This document shows, in pieces, positions 1-10,075 of a DNA stretch of 64,000 bases. The notes under the pieces were generated by a model, which ran no database searches, was not told the origin of the DNA, and saw only the letters and a program-made list of their open reading frames with translations. A program made the translations under genes and the position numbers. This DNA comes from Rebecca billardiae RCC1528 (taxonomy: Eukaryota; Protista; Haptophyta): the NCBI GenBank assembly GCA_965240325.2, contig OZ251247.1:558001-622000 (forward strand), written 5' to 3'. How positions within the stretch are numbered: the stretch's first letter is position 1; every line of letters starts with the position of its first letter.

Positions 1-1077
1 GGCGAGGAGGAGGAGGTGGACGACGACGGGCACAAGACGGGCGCGTACGTCCCGCCCATAGCGATCGGCCACTCGGATCTGACGGCAATACGTGTGCCCA
101 CAAGCGTGGCCTCGCTCGCCGCGGTGCGCGTGCGCTCTGTGGCCGCTGGCGAGCACCACCTGCTTGCGCTGAGCGATGCCGGCGCCGTGTATGGCTGCGG
201 CAAGAACGACCAAGGCCAACTCGGGCTGGGTGACGACGACGAGAGGCGTGCATTCGCGCACATTCAGGCGCTCGAGAGCGAGGCCATTGTCGGCATCGCC
301 GCTGGCTTTTACCACAGTCTCGCGCTCGCCGCCGCTGGCTGTGCGTACAGCTGGGGCGGCAACTACTGGGGCCAGCTTGGCCACGGCGACAAGAAGGAGC
401 GGTGGGAGCCGACGCGCATCGAGGCGCTGGACGGCGTGCGCGTGGGCGGAGTGGCCGCAGGTGAAGCCCACACGCTGCTTCTCACCACGCGAGGCGCCGT
501 GTACTCGTGTGGTGACGGCATCTTAGGCGCTCTGGGCCACGACGACGAGGAGGATCAGCTCACGCCGAGGTGCATCGAGGCGCTCGCGGGCGTGTGCGCC
601 GTGCACGTGAGCGCGGGCGCTGGTCACAGCCTGGTGGTGGACGCAGTGGGAAGCGTGCACTCCTTCGGCTGGGGGGGAGGAGGCCTCCCCGGCGATGGAG
701 ACGAGGGCCCCCAGCGCGTGCCCAAACGTGTCGAGGCGCCGGCGGGCGTGCGCGTCGTGCGCGCGTGCGCCGGCCCCTTCTGCAGTGCGGTGCTGGGCGC
801 AGACGGCAGCGTGCACACGTTTGGGCACAACGACTTCGGGCAGCTGGGGCACGGCATCGATGGCGATTTTAAGCTGCCGGAGCGCGTGCTCGCCCTTGCG
901 CATGAGCGCGTGTTCTGCTACGCCGTGGGCCGCACCCACGCGCTGTACGTGACAGCGCATGGATGTGTGTACTCGTGCGGCCAGCACTCGGCAGCACTCG
1001 GCCACGGCGTCAGCATGGCCGCAGAGCCTGGGTCACTGCGGACGCCCACGCGCATCGAGCAGCTGCCGCGTTTGTGA
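1..1077 (+). CDS. RCC1-repeat protein, family unit 1 (5' end including F-box lies outside the window)
   Basis: Frame is open from base 1 (GEEEEVDDDG...). Repeated RCC1 motifs (VAAGxxHxLxL...VYSCG...GQLGHG), collinear with the downstream paralogues. Confidence 0.9.
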   Translation, partial: GEEEEVDDDGHKTGAYVPPIAIGHSDLTAIRVPTSVASLAAVRVRSVAAGEHHLLALSDAGAVYGCGKNDQGQLGLGDDDERRAFAHIQALESEAIVGIAAGFYHSLALAAAGCAYSWGGNYWGQLGHGDKKERWEPTRIEALDGVRVGGVAAGEAHTLLLTTRGAVYSCGDGILGALGHDDEEDQLTPRCIEALAGVCAVHVSAGAGHSLVVDAVGSVHSFGWGGGGLPGDGDEGPQRVPKRVEAPAGVRVVRACAGPFCSAVLGADGSVHTFGHNDFGQLGHGIDGDFKLPERVLALAHERVFCYAVGRTHALYVTAHGCVYSCGQHSAALGHGVSMAAEPGSLRTPTRIEQLPRL

Positions 1078-1545
1078 CACACCGCCGGCCTCGGGCTGAG
1101 CACGGCCGGGCGATGTTGGCACCGTTCTGAGGCCGTGGCGCGGGGAGCACGGGTGTGTGGCTGTCACTGTGATGGGTGCACGCGGGTCATATCCGATGCC
1201 AACCAGACGCCGACGCCGACGCCTCACGCATGTGCGCGTCACGACAACCCGTGGCACCGCCGACAGCAGCCGGACGTGGACGACATTGAGGAGGCGTGTC
1301 AAGCGCGACGATCTACGATGCAGCACGGGCGCCGGCGGTGCATAGCATGCTGTTTCACTCGTAGTCGATTGGATGAGTCAAGGCCGTGCCAGGGCGTGGA
1401 GTTCCGGTTTGCCCGTGAGACCGGCCAACTGCACAGCACAGTGCCTGCTGTACAGTATATTTGTTTTAACGTCGTGCGTAAGGCTCACGGTGGCAGGTTG
1501 CCGCGCCATCCTTCATCGCACGCTCTCCGAAGAGAGACCTGGAAA

Positions 1546-2774
1546 GGCTCCGGCTTCGGTTGACCCCTGCCAGTCCGGTCATAGAAACCGGGCGTACCGA
1601 AAATGAAAACGACCTTCGCGAGGTCGCACGGAGGCGGTCGAAGGCTTGCTGGACTCGGGCTGGCGTGCTGAGCGCGAATCCGCACCGTTTGCCGCGATCG
1701 CTTGTTTTTACACGGCGTCAGAGCCCGAATTTCACCATTTCTACTGGGAGTCCGGGTACTTTTGCCCACTGCCATGGTGGTGCGGGCGCGACGTGCGCAG
1801 CGTGTTCGACGCCGACGTCTCGGACGAACAGCTGCGAGCTACTCTTGGCGAACGCGATGCCGAGCACCTCCTGGCGGTCGCGCGTGACCTCGCGATCGTG
1901 CACACGGTGGACACCACCACCGACCGCCGCCTGCGCAGCGGCGCCGCCACAGCTGCAGCCAATCTGCTCGACTCGCTCGTGCCGGAGTTGTGGATCGCCA
2001 TCGAGGTGAAGCCGCAGCGTCGGTTCGGGAGGCGGCGCGCGGGCGACGTCGAGGACCAGTGGCTCCGCCAGGGCTACTGGATCGCGCGCACCGTGGACGC
2101 AGGCGACGGCTCGTGCATTGTCAAGAAGTTCCAGGTGGCCGGCTCCCTTGACAACGTGTCGTTTGCAGCCAACGAGGCCGCGGTGGCCATCAAGTGGTGG
2201 GACCGCATCCCGGACGACGCGAGCGGGCTCTCGTTTGCCGAATGGGACGCAGTTGCCGCTGGGAACGACGGCGACACGCGCTTCATCGTCAACTCCAGCA
2301 ACATCCGCGGCGTTGTCGAGCTCACGCCCGTGCAACCGATCACGCCGGCTTTCAGCGGCGCCCCAGCACGCGGCACGAGGCGGAGGCACGCGGCAGCGGC
2401 GGCGGAGCGGCCGCGCCCAGCGGTGTACCAGCTGAGCGAGGAGCGGCACAATGCTCTCCGCGCGCAGCTGACCAACCAGAGCGCGCTCGCGAGTGCGGGG
2501 CGGTGAGCTGTGACATCACTGTCTGAATACAAGTTCCGTCAGAGATACCCATGTTAATATACAGTTACCCATGTTTCGGATTTCGGTCGCATTTTTGTAT
2601 GTGTCACTTATAAAAATGAGTCTGAATCCAATTGGGAGGTGGGTGTATGCTCAATGTCGCTTGGAAGTCATCAATCGGGGGTCGGGAGGGACCCGGCTAT
2701 ATGGTCCGCTCGAGTGACTTCGACTCGGTTCTCAGAATGCCCGCCACTGGCAGGGGTCAACCGAATCCGGAGCC
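1546..2774 (+). mobile_element. Non-autonomous DNA transposon, 29-bp TIRs, 4-bp TSD (GAAA)
   Basis: GGCTCCGGCTTCGGTTGACCCCTGCCAGT at 1546-1574 matches the reverse complement of 2746-2774 with 1 mismatch. GAAA flanks both sides (1542-1545, 2775-2778). Confidence 0.88.
1646..2506 (+). pseudogene. ATG-less ORF remnant inside the TIR element (probably the C-terminal part of an element-encoded protein)
   Basis: Open frame of 286 codons with protein-like composition (…GYWIARTVD…VAIKWWDRIP…). Starts at TTG. No recognisable DDE core. Confidence 0.5.
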
Positions 2775-2950
2775 GAAACTGGTAGTTACGACATGATGCA
2801 TCAGTATACATAGCGTACTACTGTACGGTAGTGTACAATACTGTACTACAATACTGATGCCGCTACAGTATGGGTCGTACTACTCAAACGAGTCGATCTT
2901 CGTCGCCACGGCCCTTGACTCGGCGTGGGCGAAAGCGAGCAGCAGCGAGG

Positions 2951-4435
2951 ATGGCGACTCATCAACGCAAGACGAGTAGCGCCGTGGCGTGCGCGGCGGC
3001 GCCGGCGCTGCGGCTGGCCGAACTGCCCGCCGAGGTGATCGAGCGCATCCTGCTCGCGGTTCACATGACGCGTGATATCGCCGCCGCCAACGCCACGGCG
3101 CGCCTCTTCCGCGGCGCACCCGGCGGTCGCTCGCCGGTCGAGCACGCGCTGCGCGAGCGCGCGCGTGCTCGCGGGCATGCACGCGTGCTACCCACCGAGC
3201 TGCCGACGGGCGTGCGCACGTGGTCCGAGGAGCTCTTCGCGCGCGAGCGTGTCGCCGAGCTGGCGACCATGCACATGCTCCCCGTGGCTGCCTGCGAAGA
3301 GCCTGGCTGGCGCGTGCTGAGTGCGTTTGTGGACGCCGAGGGCGGGCTGCACATGTGCGGCGAGGAGAAGGTGCGGGACGCCGATCATCCTGCCCTGACC
3401 ATCGTCTTCATGGGGTTTAGCCTACCGCCTGTACCCACGCGCGTCGCCTCGCTCAGCGAAGTACGCGTGCTCGCGGTGGCCGCCGGGCGGGCCCACCTGC
3501 TCGCGCTGAGCGACGCCGGCACCGTCTATGGCTGCGGCCACAACGGCTGGGGCCAGCTCGGGCTGGGTCACAGGCGTCCGCGCCGCGCGTTTGTGCAGGT
3601 AGGTGCGCTATCGGCTCGGCCGATCGTGGCTATCGCCGCGGCCGCTGGGCATAGCTTGGCGCTCACCGCCGCTGGGTGCGCGTACAGCTGGGGCCGCAAC
3701 GAGTACGGCCGGCTCGGCCACGGCGACACGGAGCAGCGGTGGGAGCCGACGCGCATCGAGGCGCTGGACAGCGTGCGCATCGGCGGAGTGGCAGCCGGGC
3801 ATGCGCACACGCTGCTGCTCTCTGCCAGCGGCGCCGTCTACTCGTGCGGTGTTGGAATGAGCGGCCGGCTCGGCCACGGCAACCAACAGGATCAGCGCAC
3901 GCCGAGGCGCATCGAGGCGCTCGCGGGTGTGCGCGCTGTGCACGTGAGCGCGGGCGAGGCGCACAGCCTGGTGGTGGATAGCCACGGGGCGGTGCACTCG
4001 TTTGGGCGTGGTGGGCACAGTGAGCTCGGGTACGGTCGCGCGCGCTACCAGCCCGCGCCGAGGCGCATCCAGGCCCTCGCTGGCGTCATCGCTGTGCGCG
4101 CGTGCGCTGGCTTCTACAGCAGCGCGGTGCTGGGCGCGGACGGCAGCGTGCACACGTTCGGGAGCAACGAGCAAGGCCAGCTGGGGCACGAGGGCGCTGG
4201 TGATTTGCAGCAGCCAACGCGCGTGCAGGCCCTGGCTCACACCCGCGTGGTTGGCTGCTCGCTGTCCAGCGCCCACGCGCTGTACGTGACAGCGGATGGA
4301 TGTGTGTACTCGTGCGGCAAGCGCTCGGCAGCACTCGGCCACGGCGTCAGTATGGCCGCAGAGCCTGGGTCACTGCGGACGCCCACGCGCATCGAGCAGC
4401 TGCCACGCGTGGGCGCACCGCCCACCCAGGGCTGA
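2951..4435 (+). CDS. F-box + RCC1-repeat protein, unit 2
   Basis: F-box-like LAELPAEVIERILLAV…RDIAAANATARLF followed by RCC1 repeats. ATG 2951 chosen by homology to paralogues (upstream in-frame ATG at 2870). Confidence 0.9.
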   Translation: MATHQRKTSSAVACAAAPALRLAELPAEVIERILLAVHMTRDIAAANATARLFRGAPGGRSPVEHALRERARARGHARVLPTELPTGVRTWSEELFARERVAELATMHMLPVAACEEPGWRVLSAFVDAEGGLHMCGEEKVRDADHPALTIVFMGFSLPPVPTRVASLSEVRVLAVAAGRAHLLALSDAGTVYGCGHNGWGQLGLGHRRPRRAFVQVGALSARPIVAIAAAAGHSLALTAAGCAYSWGRNEYGRLGHGDTEQRWEPTRIEALDSVRIGGVAAGHAHTLLLSASGAVYSCGVGMSGRLGHGNQQDQRTPRRIEALAGVRAVHVSAGEAHSLVVDSHGAVHSFGRGGHSELGYGRARYQPAPRRIQALAGVIAVRACAGFYSSAVLGADGSVHTFGSNEQGQLGHEGAGDLQQPTRVQALAHTRVVGCSLSSAHALYVTADGCVYSCGKRSAALGHGVSMAAEPGSLRTPTRIEQLPRVGAPPTQG

Positions 4436-4767
4436 GCATGGCTGGGTGATGTTGGCACCGTTCTGCGAGTGGAGCGGCGAGCGTTGGTACTGCACGCTCC
4501 GAGGACGAGCGCTTCGTGACACTGCACACATGCCGAGTCGGATTGCAGTGAGCCTGGCCGGCAGGCGACAATGTCCGCCGACAGCAGCCTGGCGATAAGA
4601 CAGCAATCATCCGTCGTAGTCTCAATGTCAGCCATCACGGCTGCGATTCAATGCTGCTGATCACCAAGGTCAGTCAATAAGGCAATGTGCCCTGGTCCGG
4701 TGTTGGGTTCGCCGGACCTGCCAACCGTCGCCGTCGTGGTTGGCCGAGCTAGAGCGCGACAGTGAGA

Positions 4768-6363
4768 ATGGCCGAAGACGAGCGCGCGGTGGTGTGCTCG
4801 GCCCCGGCGCCGCGGCTGTCTGAGCTGCCCGCCGAGGTGATCGAGCGCATCCTGCTCGCGGGTTGCCGGCCGCGCGACCTCGCCGCCGCCAACGCCGCCT
4901 CGCGCCTCTTCCGCGGCGCGCCCGGCGGCCGCTCGCCGGTGGAGCACGCGCTGCGCGAGCGCGCTAGTGCTCGCGGGCACGCTGGCGCGCTGCCGACCGA
5001 GCTGCCCGCGGGCGTGCGCACGTGGTCCCAGGAGCTCTTCGCCAGGGAACGCGTGAACGAGCTGGCGTGGGCGCATGCCATGCCCGTGGCTGCCGGTGGG
5101 GAGCCTCGCCTCCCCCGCGTGCTGAGCGCGTTTGTGGACGCGGAGGGCGGGCTGCACACGTGCGGCGAGGAGGCGGTGTGGGACGATGGGGTGTGGGACG
5201 AGGAGGAGGAGGAGCCGACGGGTGAGTATCGAGCACACGCTGCGGTGGGCCATCCCGATGTACCGGCGGTGTCCCGGCCTTCGCGCGTCACCTCGCTCAG
5301 CGCTGTGCGCGTGCGTTCTGTGGCCGCTGCCAACTACCACCTGCTCGCGCTGAGCGAGGCCGGCGCCGTGTACGGCTGCGGCTACAACCATTACGGCCAG
5401 CTTGGGCTGGGGGACGCTGTGACGCGGCGATCGTTCTCCCTGGTCGTCGCATTGCGAGGTGAGCACGCTGTGGGCATCTCGGCCGGCAGCTACCACAGCC
5501 TCGCGCTCACCGTCGCTGGGTGCGCGTACAGCTGGGGTGCCAACTGGTTCGGCCAGCTCGGCCACGGCGACAGGAAGGGCCGGTGGGAGCCGACGCGCAT
5601 CGAGGCGCTGGACGGCGTGCGCGTGGGCGGCGTGGCCGCAGGCAGCTTGCACACGCTGCTGCTCTCGACCAGTGGCGCCGCCTACTCGTGCGGTCACGGC
5701 CAGCACGGCCAACTCGGCCACGGCGACCAGCAGGATCAGCACACGCCGAGGCGCATCGAGGCGCTCGCTGGCGTGCGCGCAGTGCACGTGAGCGCGGGCG
5801 AGGCGCACAGCCTGGTGGTGGATAGCCACGGGGCGGTGCACTCGTTTGGGCGTGGTGGGCACAGTGAGCTCGGGTACGGTCGCGCGCTCTACCAGCCCGC
5901 GCCGAGGCGCGTCGAGGTCCTCGCTGGCGTCATCGCTGTCTGCGCGTGCGCTGGCTTCTACAGCAGCGCGGTGCTGGGCGCGGACGGCAGCGTGCACACG
6001 TTCGGGAACAACGAGCAAGGCCAGCTGGGGCACGAGGGCGCTAGTGATTTGCAGCAGCCAACGCGCGTGCAGGCCCTGGCTCACACCCGCGTGGTTGGCT
6101 GCTTGCTTTCGACCGCCCACGCGCTGTACGGGACAGCGCATGGATGTGTGTACTCGTGCGGCAAGCGCTCGGCAGCGCTCGGCCACGGCGTCAGCATGGC
6201 CGCAGAGCCTGGGTCACTGCGGACGCCCACGCGCATCGAGCAGCTGCCGCGCGTGGGCGCACCGCCCACCCAGGGCTGCGGATGGCTGGGCGATGTTGGC
6301 ACCGTTCTGCGAGTGGAGCGGCGAGCGTTGGTACTGCACGCTCCGAGGACGAGCGCTTCGTGA
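4768..6363 (+). CDS. F-box + RCC1-repeat protein, unit 3 (C-terminal extension because the stop seen in unit 2 reads TGC)
   Basis: LSELPAEVIERILL F-box motif plus RCC1 repeats. GGC TGA of unit 2 is GGC TGC here. Confidence 0.9.
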   Translation: MAEDERAVVCSAPAPRLSELPAEVIERILLAGCRPRDLAAANAASRLFRGAPGGRSPVEHALRERASARGHAGALPTELPAGVRTWSQELFARERVNELAWAHAMPVAAGGEPRLPRVLSAFVDAEGGLHTCGEEAVWDDGVWDEEEEEPTGEYRAHAAVGHPDVPAVSRPSRVTSLSAVRVRSVAAANYHLLALSEAGAVYGCGYNHYGQLGLGDAVTRRSFSLVVALRGEHAVGISAGSYHSLALTVAGCAYSWGANWFGQLGHGDRKGRWEPTRIEALDGVRVGGVAAGSLHTLLLSTSGAAYSCGHGQHGQLGHGDQQDQHTPRRIEALAGVRAVHVSAGEAHSLVVDSHGAVHSFGRGGHSELGYGRALYQPAPRRVEVLAGVIAVCACAGFYSSAVLGADGSVHTFGNNEQGQLGHEGASDLQQPTRVQALAHTRVVGCLLSTAHALYGTAHGCVYSCGKRSAALGHGVSMAAEPGSLRTPTRIEQLPRVGAPPTQGCGWLGDVGTVLRVERRALVLHAPRTSAS

Positions 6364-6611
6364 CACTGCACACATGCCGAGTCGGATTGCAGTGAGCCTG
6401 GCCGGCAGGCGACAATGTCCGCCGACAGCAGCCTGGCGATAAGACAGCAATCATCCGTCGTAGTCTCAATGTCAGCCATCACGGCTGCGATTCAATGCTG
6501 CTGATCACCAAGGTCAGTCAATAAGGCAATGTGCCCTGGTCCGGTGTTGGGTTCGCCGGACCTGCCAACCGTCGCCGTCGTGGTTGGCCGAGCTAGAGCG
6601 CGACAGTGAGA

Positions 6612-8138
6612 ATGGCCGAAGACGAGCGCGCGGTGGTGTGCTCGGCCCCGGCGCCGCGGCTGTCTGAGCTGCCCGCCGAGGTGATCGAGCGCATCCTGCT
6701 CGCGGGTTGCCGGCCGCGCGACCTCGCCGCCGCCAACGCCGCCTCGCGCCTCTTCCGCGGCGCGCCCGGCGGCCGCTCGCCGGTGGAGCACGCGCTGCGC
6801 GAGCGCGCTCGTGCTCGCGGGCACGCTTCCGCGCTGCCGACCGAGCTGCCGGCGGGCGTGCGCACGTGGTCCGAGGAGCTGTTCGCCCGGGAACGCGTGC
6901 ACGAGCTAGCACGGGCCCACTCGATGCCCGTGGCCGTCGGCGGCCGCTTGGACCGCGTCTCCGCGTTCAGCGCGTTTGTGGACGCGGAGGGCGGGCTGCA
7001 CACGTGCGGCGAGGAGGAGGCGTGGGACGAGGTCACCGGGATGCGGACCGGTGGATACGGTTTGCCCATGGCGGTCGGTCATCCAGAGTTGACGGCAGTG
7101 CTCGTGCCCACGCGCGTGCCTTCGCTCAGCACAGTGCGCGTGGCCGCGGTGGCCGCGGGCGCCACTCACCTGCTCGCGCTGAGCGAGGCCGGCGCCGTGT
7201 ACGGCTGCGGCGGCAACGGCTGTGGGCAGCTCGGGCTGGGGCACAGGGAGGAGCGGCGCGTGTTCACACTGGTCGATGCAATGCGGGATGCACCCGTCGT
7301 GAGCATCTCGGCTGGCGGGCTCTTCAGCCTCGCGCTCACCGCCGCTGGCTGTGCGTACAGCTGGGGTGACAACAGCTTCGGCCAGCTCGGCCACGGCGAC
7401 ACGGAGGACCGGTGGGAGCCGACGCGCATCGAGGCGCTGGACGGCGTGCGCGTGGGGGGCGTGACAGCCGGGCGTATGCACGCGCTGCTGCTCTCTGCGC
7501 AAGGCTCCGTCTACTCGTGTGGCAGTGGCTACCACGGCCATCTCGGCCACGGCGACCAGCAGGATCAGCAAACGCCGAGGCGCATCGAGGCGCTCGCGGG
7601 CGTGCGCGCCGTGCACGTGAGCGCGGGCTTGGAGCACAGCCTGGTGGTGGACGCGGAGGGTGGCGCGCATTCTTTCGGCTCATGCTTTTGCGGCACGCTC
7701 GGGCATGGTGACCGCATGCCTCGTCGGCTGCCCACGCGCATCGAGGCGTTGGCAGGCGTGCGCGCAGTGCGCGCGTGCGCCGGCAGCAGGAGCAGCGCGG
7801 TGCTGGGTGCGGACGGCAGCGTGCACACGCTCGGGGACACCCCCAAGGGCCAGCTGGGGCACGGCACCGATGGTGCTCGTGATCTGCCGAAGCGCGTGCT
7901 CGCTCTTGCGCACGAGCGCGTGGTCTACTACGTCCAGCGCCATTCCGCCTCGCTATTCGTGAGTGCGGACGGCAGCGTGTACGCGTGCGGCCAGCGCTCG
8001 GCCGCGCTCGGCCTCGGCGTGAGCCGCACGTCCAGCATGGCCGCCGGCGGTGCGGGCCAGCGAGATGCGTTGGGGCTGACGCGGCTGGGGCAGCTGCCGC
8101 CCATCGGCGTGGATGAGCGCTGGGTATCCCCCGCTTGA
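6612..8138 (+). CDS. F-box + RCC1-repeat protein, unit 4
   Basis: Same architecture. 5' end essentially identical to unit 3 (offset 1844). Confidence 0.9.
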   Translation: MAEDERAVVCSAPAPRLSELPAEVIERILLAGCRPRDLAAANAASRLFRGAPGGRSPVEHALRERARARGHASALPTELPAGVRTWSEELFARERVHELARAHSMPVAVGGRLDRVSAFSAFVDAEGGLHTCGEEEAWDEVTGMRTGGYGLPMAVGHPELTAVLVPTRVPSLSTVRVAAVAAGATHLLALSEAGAVYGCGGNGCGQLGLGHREERRVFTLVDAMRDAPVVSISAGGLFSLALTAAGCAYSWGDNSFGQLGHGDTEDRWEPTRIEALDGVRVGGVTAGRMHALLLSAQGSVYSCGSGYHGHLGHGDQQDQQTPRRIEALAGVRAVHVSAGLEHSLVVDAEGGAHSFGSCFCGTLGHGDRMPRRLPTRIEALAGVRAVRACAGSRSSAVLGADGSVHTLGDTPKGQLGHGTDGARDLPKRVLALAHERVVYYVQRHSASLFVSADGSVYACGQRSAALGLGVSRTSSMAAGGAGQRDALGLTRLGQLPPIGVDERWVSPA

Positions 8139-8342
8139 CGCGACCGCGCTGACGCCCGTCGCGTCGGATGCTTCGGAGCTCAGGAGATCGTTCTAGGTTA
8201 CTACATGTCACATGAGGCGCTGAGTCTGGACCAGTCACTTTGGAGACTACGCACTGGTGTGGGCGTTTATTGGCCTTGCTGGACCGCGGCCAACCGTCGT
8301 CCTCGGTCACTCGGTGAGCCAAGGCGACCAGTGGCAGCGAGG

Positions 8343-9872
8343 ATGGCCCAACGCGAGAGCGCCGCGGCGTGCTCGGCGGCGCCGGCGCCGCGGCTGTCTG
8401 AGCTACCCGCCGAGGTGATCGAGCGCATCATGCTCGCGGTTGGTCGGCCACGTGACCTCGCCGCCGCCAACGCCACCTCGCGCTTCTTCCGCGGCGCGCC
8501 CGGCGGCCGCTCGCCGGTCGAGCACGCGCTGCGCGAGCGCGCTCGTGCTCGCGGGCACGCTTCAGCGCTGCCCACCGAGCTGCCGGCGGGCGTGCGCACG
8601 TGGACCGAGGAGCTCTTCGCCAGGGACCACGTGTGTGTGCTGGCATGGGCGCACTCGATGCCCGTGACTGTCGGTGCCCGCCTCCGCCCTTTCTCGTCGT
8701 TCAGCGCGTTTGTGGACGCGGAGGGCGGGCTGCACACATGCGGCGAGGAGGAGGTGCGGGACGAGGCCACCGGGCGGCTGACGGGCGGATACGCCCCGCC
8801 CAAGGTGATCGGCCACTTGGATCTGACGGCAGTGCTCGGGCCGTCGCGCGTGCCCTCGCTGTCCGCGGTGCGCGTGCGCTCTGTGGCCGCTGGCGACCAC
8901 CACCTGCTCGCGCTGAGCGAGGCCGGCGCCGTGTACGGCTGCGGCGACAACTTCTCAGGCCAGCTCGGGCTGCGTGACGACGATCAGAGGCATGCATTCG
9001 CACACGTGCGGGCGCTCGTGGGAGAGGCCATTGTCTGCATCGCCGCTGGCGGCGAACACAGCCTTGCGCTCACCGCCGCCGGGTGCGCGTACAGCTGGGG
9101 CTACAACTACTACGGCCAGCTCGGCCACGGCGACAGGAAGGACCGGTGGGAGCCGACGCGCATCGAGGCGCTGGATGGCGTGCGCGTGGGCGGAGTGGCA
9201 GCCGGGCACACGCACACGCTGCTGCTCTCGGCAAGCGGCGCCGTCTACTCGTGTGGCCTCGGCTCCTGGGGCCCGCTCGGCCACGGCGACGCGGAGGATC
9301 AGCACACGCCGAGGCGCATCGAGGCGCTCGCGGGCGTGCGCGCCGTGCATGTGAGCGCGGGCTATGCGCACAGCCTGGTGGTGGACGCAGCGGGCAGTGT
9401 GCACTCCTTCGGCTGGGGCGAACACGGTCCCCTCGGCCATGGCGACGGTGTCACCCAGCGCGCGCCCAAATGCGTCGAGGCGCTGGCGGGCGTGCGCGCC
9501 GTGCGCGCCAGCGCAGGCTTCCAGTGCAGCGCGGTGCTGGGCGCGGACGGCGGCGTGCACACGCTCGGGTTCAACGGGCACGGCCAGTTGGGGCACGGCG
9601 CCGATGGCAATATTACGCTTCCGAAGCGCGTGCTGGCCTTCGCGCACGAGCGCGTGGTCTGCTACGCCGAGCGCCACTCCACCTCGCTGTTTGTCAGTGC
9701 GGACGGCAGCGTGTACGCGTGCGGCAAGCGCTCGGCCGCGCTCGGCCTCGGCGTGAGCCGCGCGTCCAGCATGGCCGCCGGCGGTGCGGGCCAGCGAGAT
9801 GCGTTGGGGCTGACGCGGCTGGGGCAGCTGCCGCCCGTCGGAGTGGGTGAGCGCTGGGCATGCCCCGCTTGA
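8343..9872 (+). CDS. F-box + RCC1-repeat protein, unit 5
   Basis: MAQRESAAACSAAPAPRLSELPAEVIERI… plus RCC1 repeats. Confidence 0.9.
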   Translation: MAQRESAAACSAAPAPRLSELPAEVIERIMLAVGRPRDLAAANATSRFFRGAPGGRSPVEHALRERARARGHASALPTELPAGVRTWTEELFARDHVCVLAWAHSMPVTVGARLRPFSSFSAFVDAEGGLHTCGEEEVRDEATGRLTGGYAPPKVIGHLDLTAVLGPSRVPSLSAVRVRSVAAGDHHLLALSEAGAVYGCGDNFSGQLGLRDDDQRHAFAHVRALVGEAIVCIAAGGEHSLALTAAGCAYSWGYNYYGQLGHGDRKDRWEPTRIEALDGVRVGGVAAGHTHTLLLSASGAVYSCGLGSWGPLGHGDAEDQHTPRRIEALAGVRAVHVSAGYAHSLVVDAAGSVHSFGWGEHGPLGHGDGVTQRAPKCVEALAGVRAVRASAGFQCSAVLGADGGVHTLGFNGHGQLGHGADGNITLPKRVLAFAHERVVCYAERHSTSLFVSADGSVYACGKRSAALGLGVSRASSMAAGGAGQRDALGLTRLGQLPPVGVGERWACPA

Positions 9873-10075
9873 CGCGACCGCGCTGGCGCCCGTCGCAGCT
9901 GCCGCCGAGCTGTATAGACACATGAGGCGATATGCTTCTCAACACATGAGAACAATCTCACGACAGACCGAGCTGCCGGAACACGACATCGAGGTTGCGT
10001 ACTGGTCGGCGTTTGGTTCTGCCGGACCGGCCAACCGTCGTCCTCGGTGAGCCAAGGCGACCAGTGGCAGCGAGG

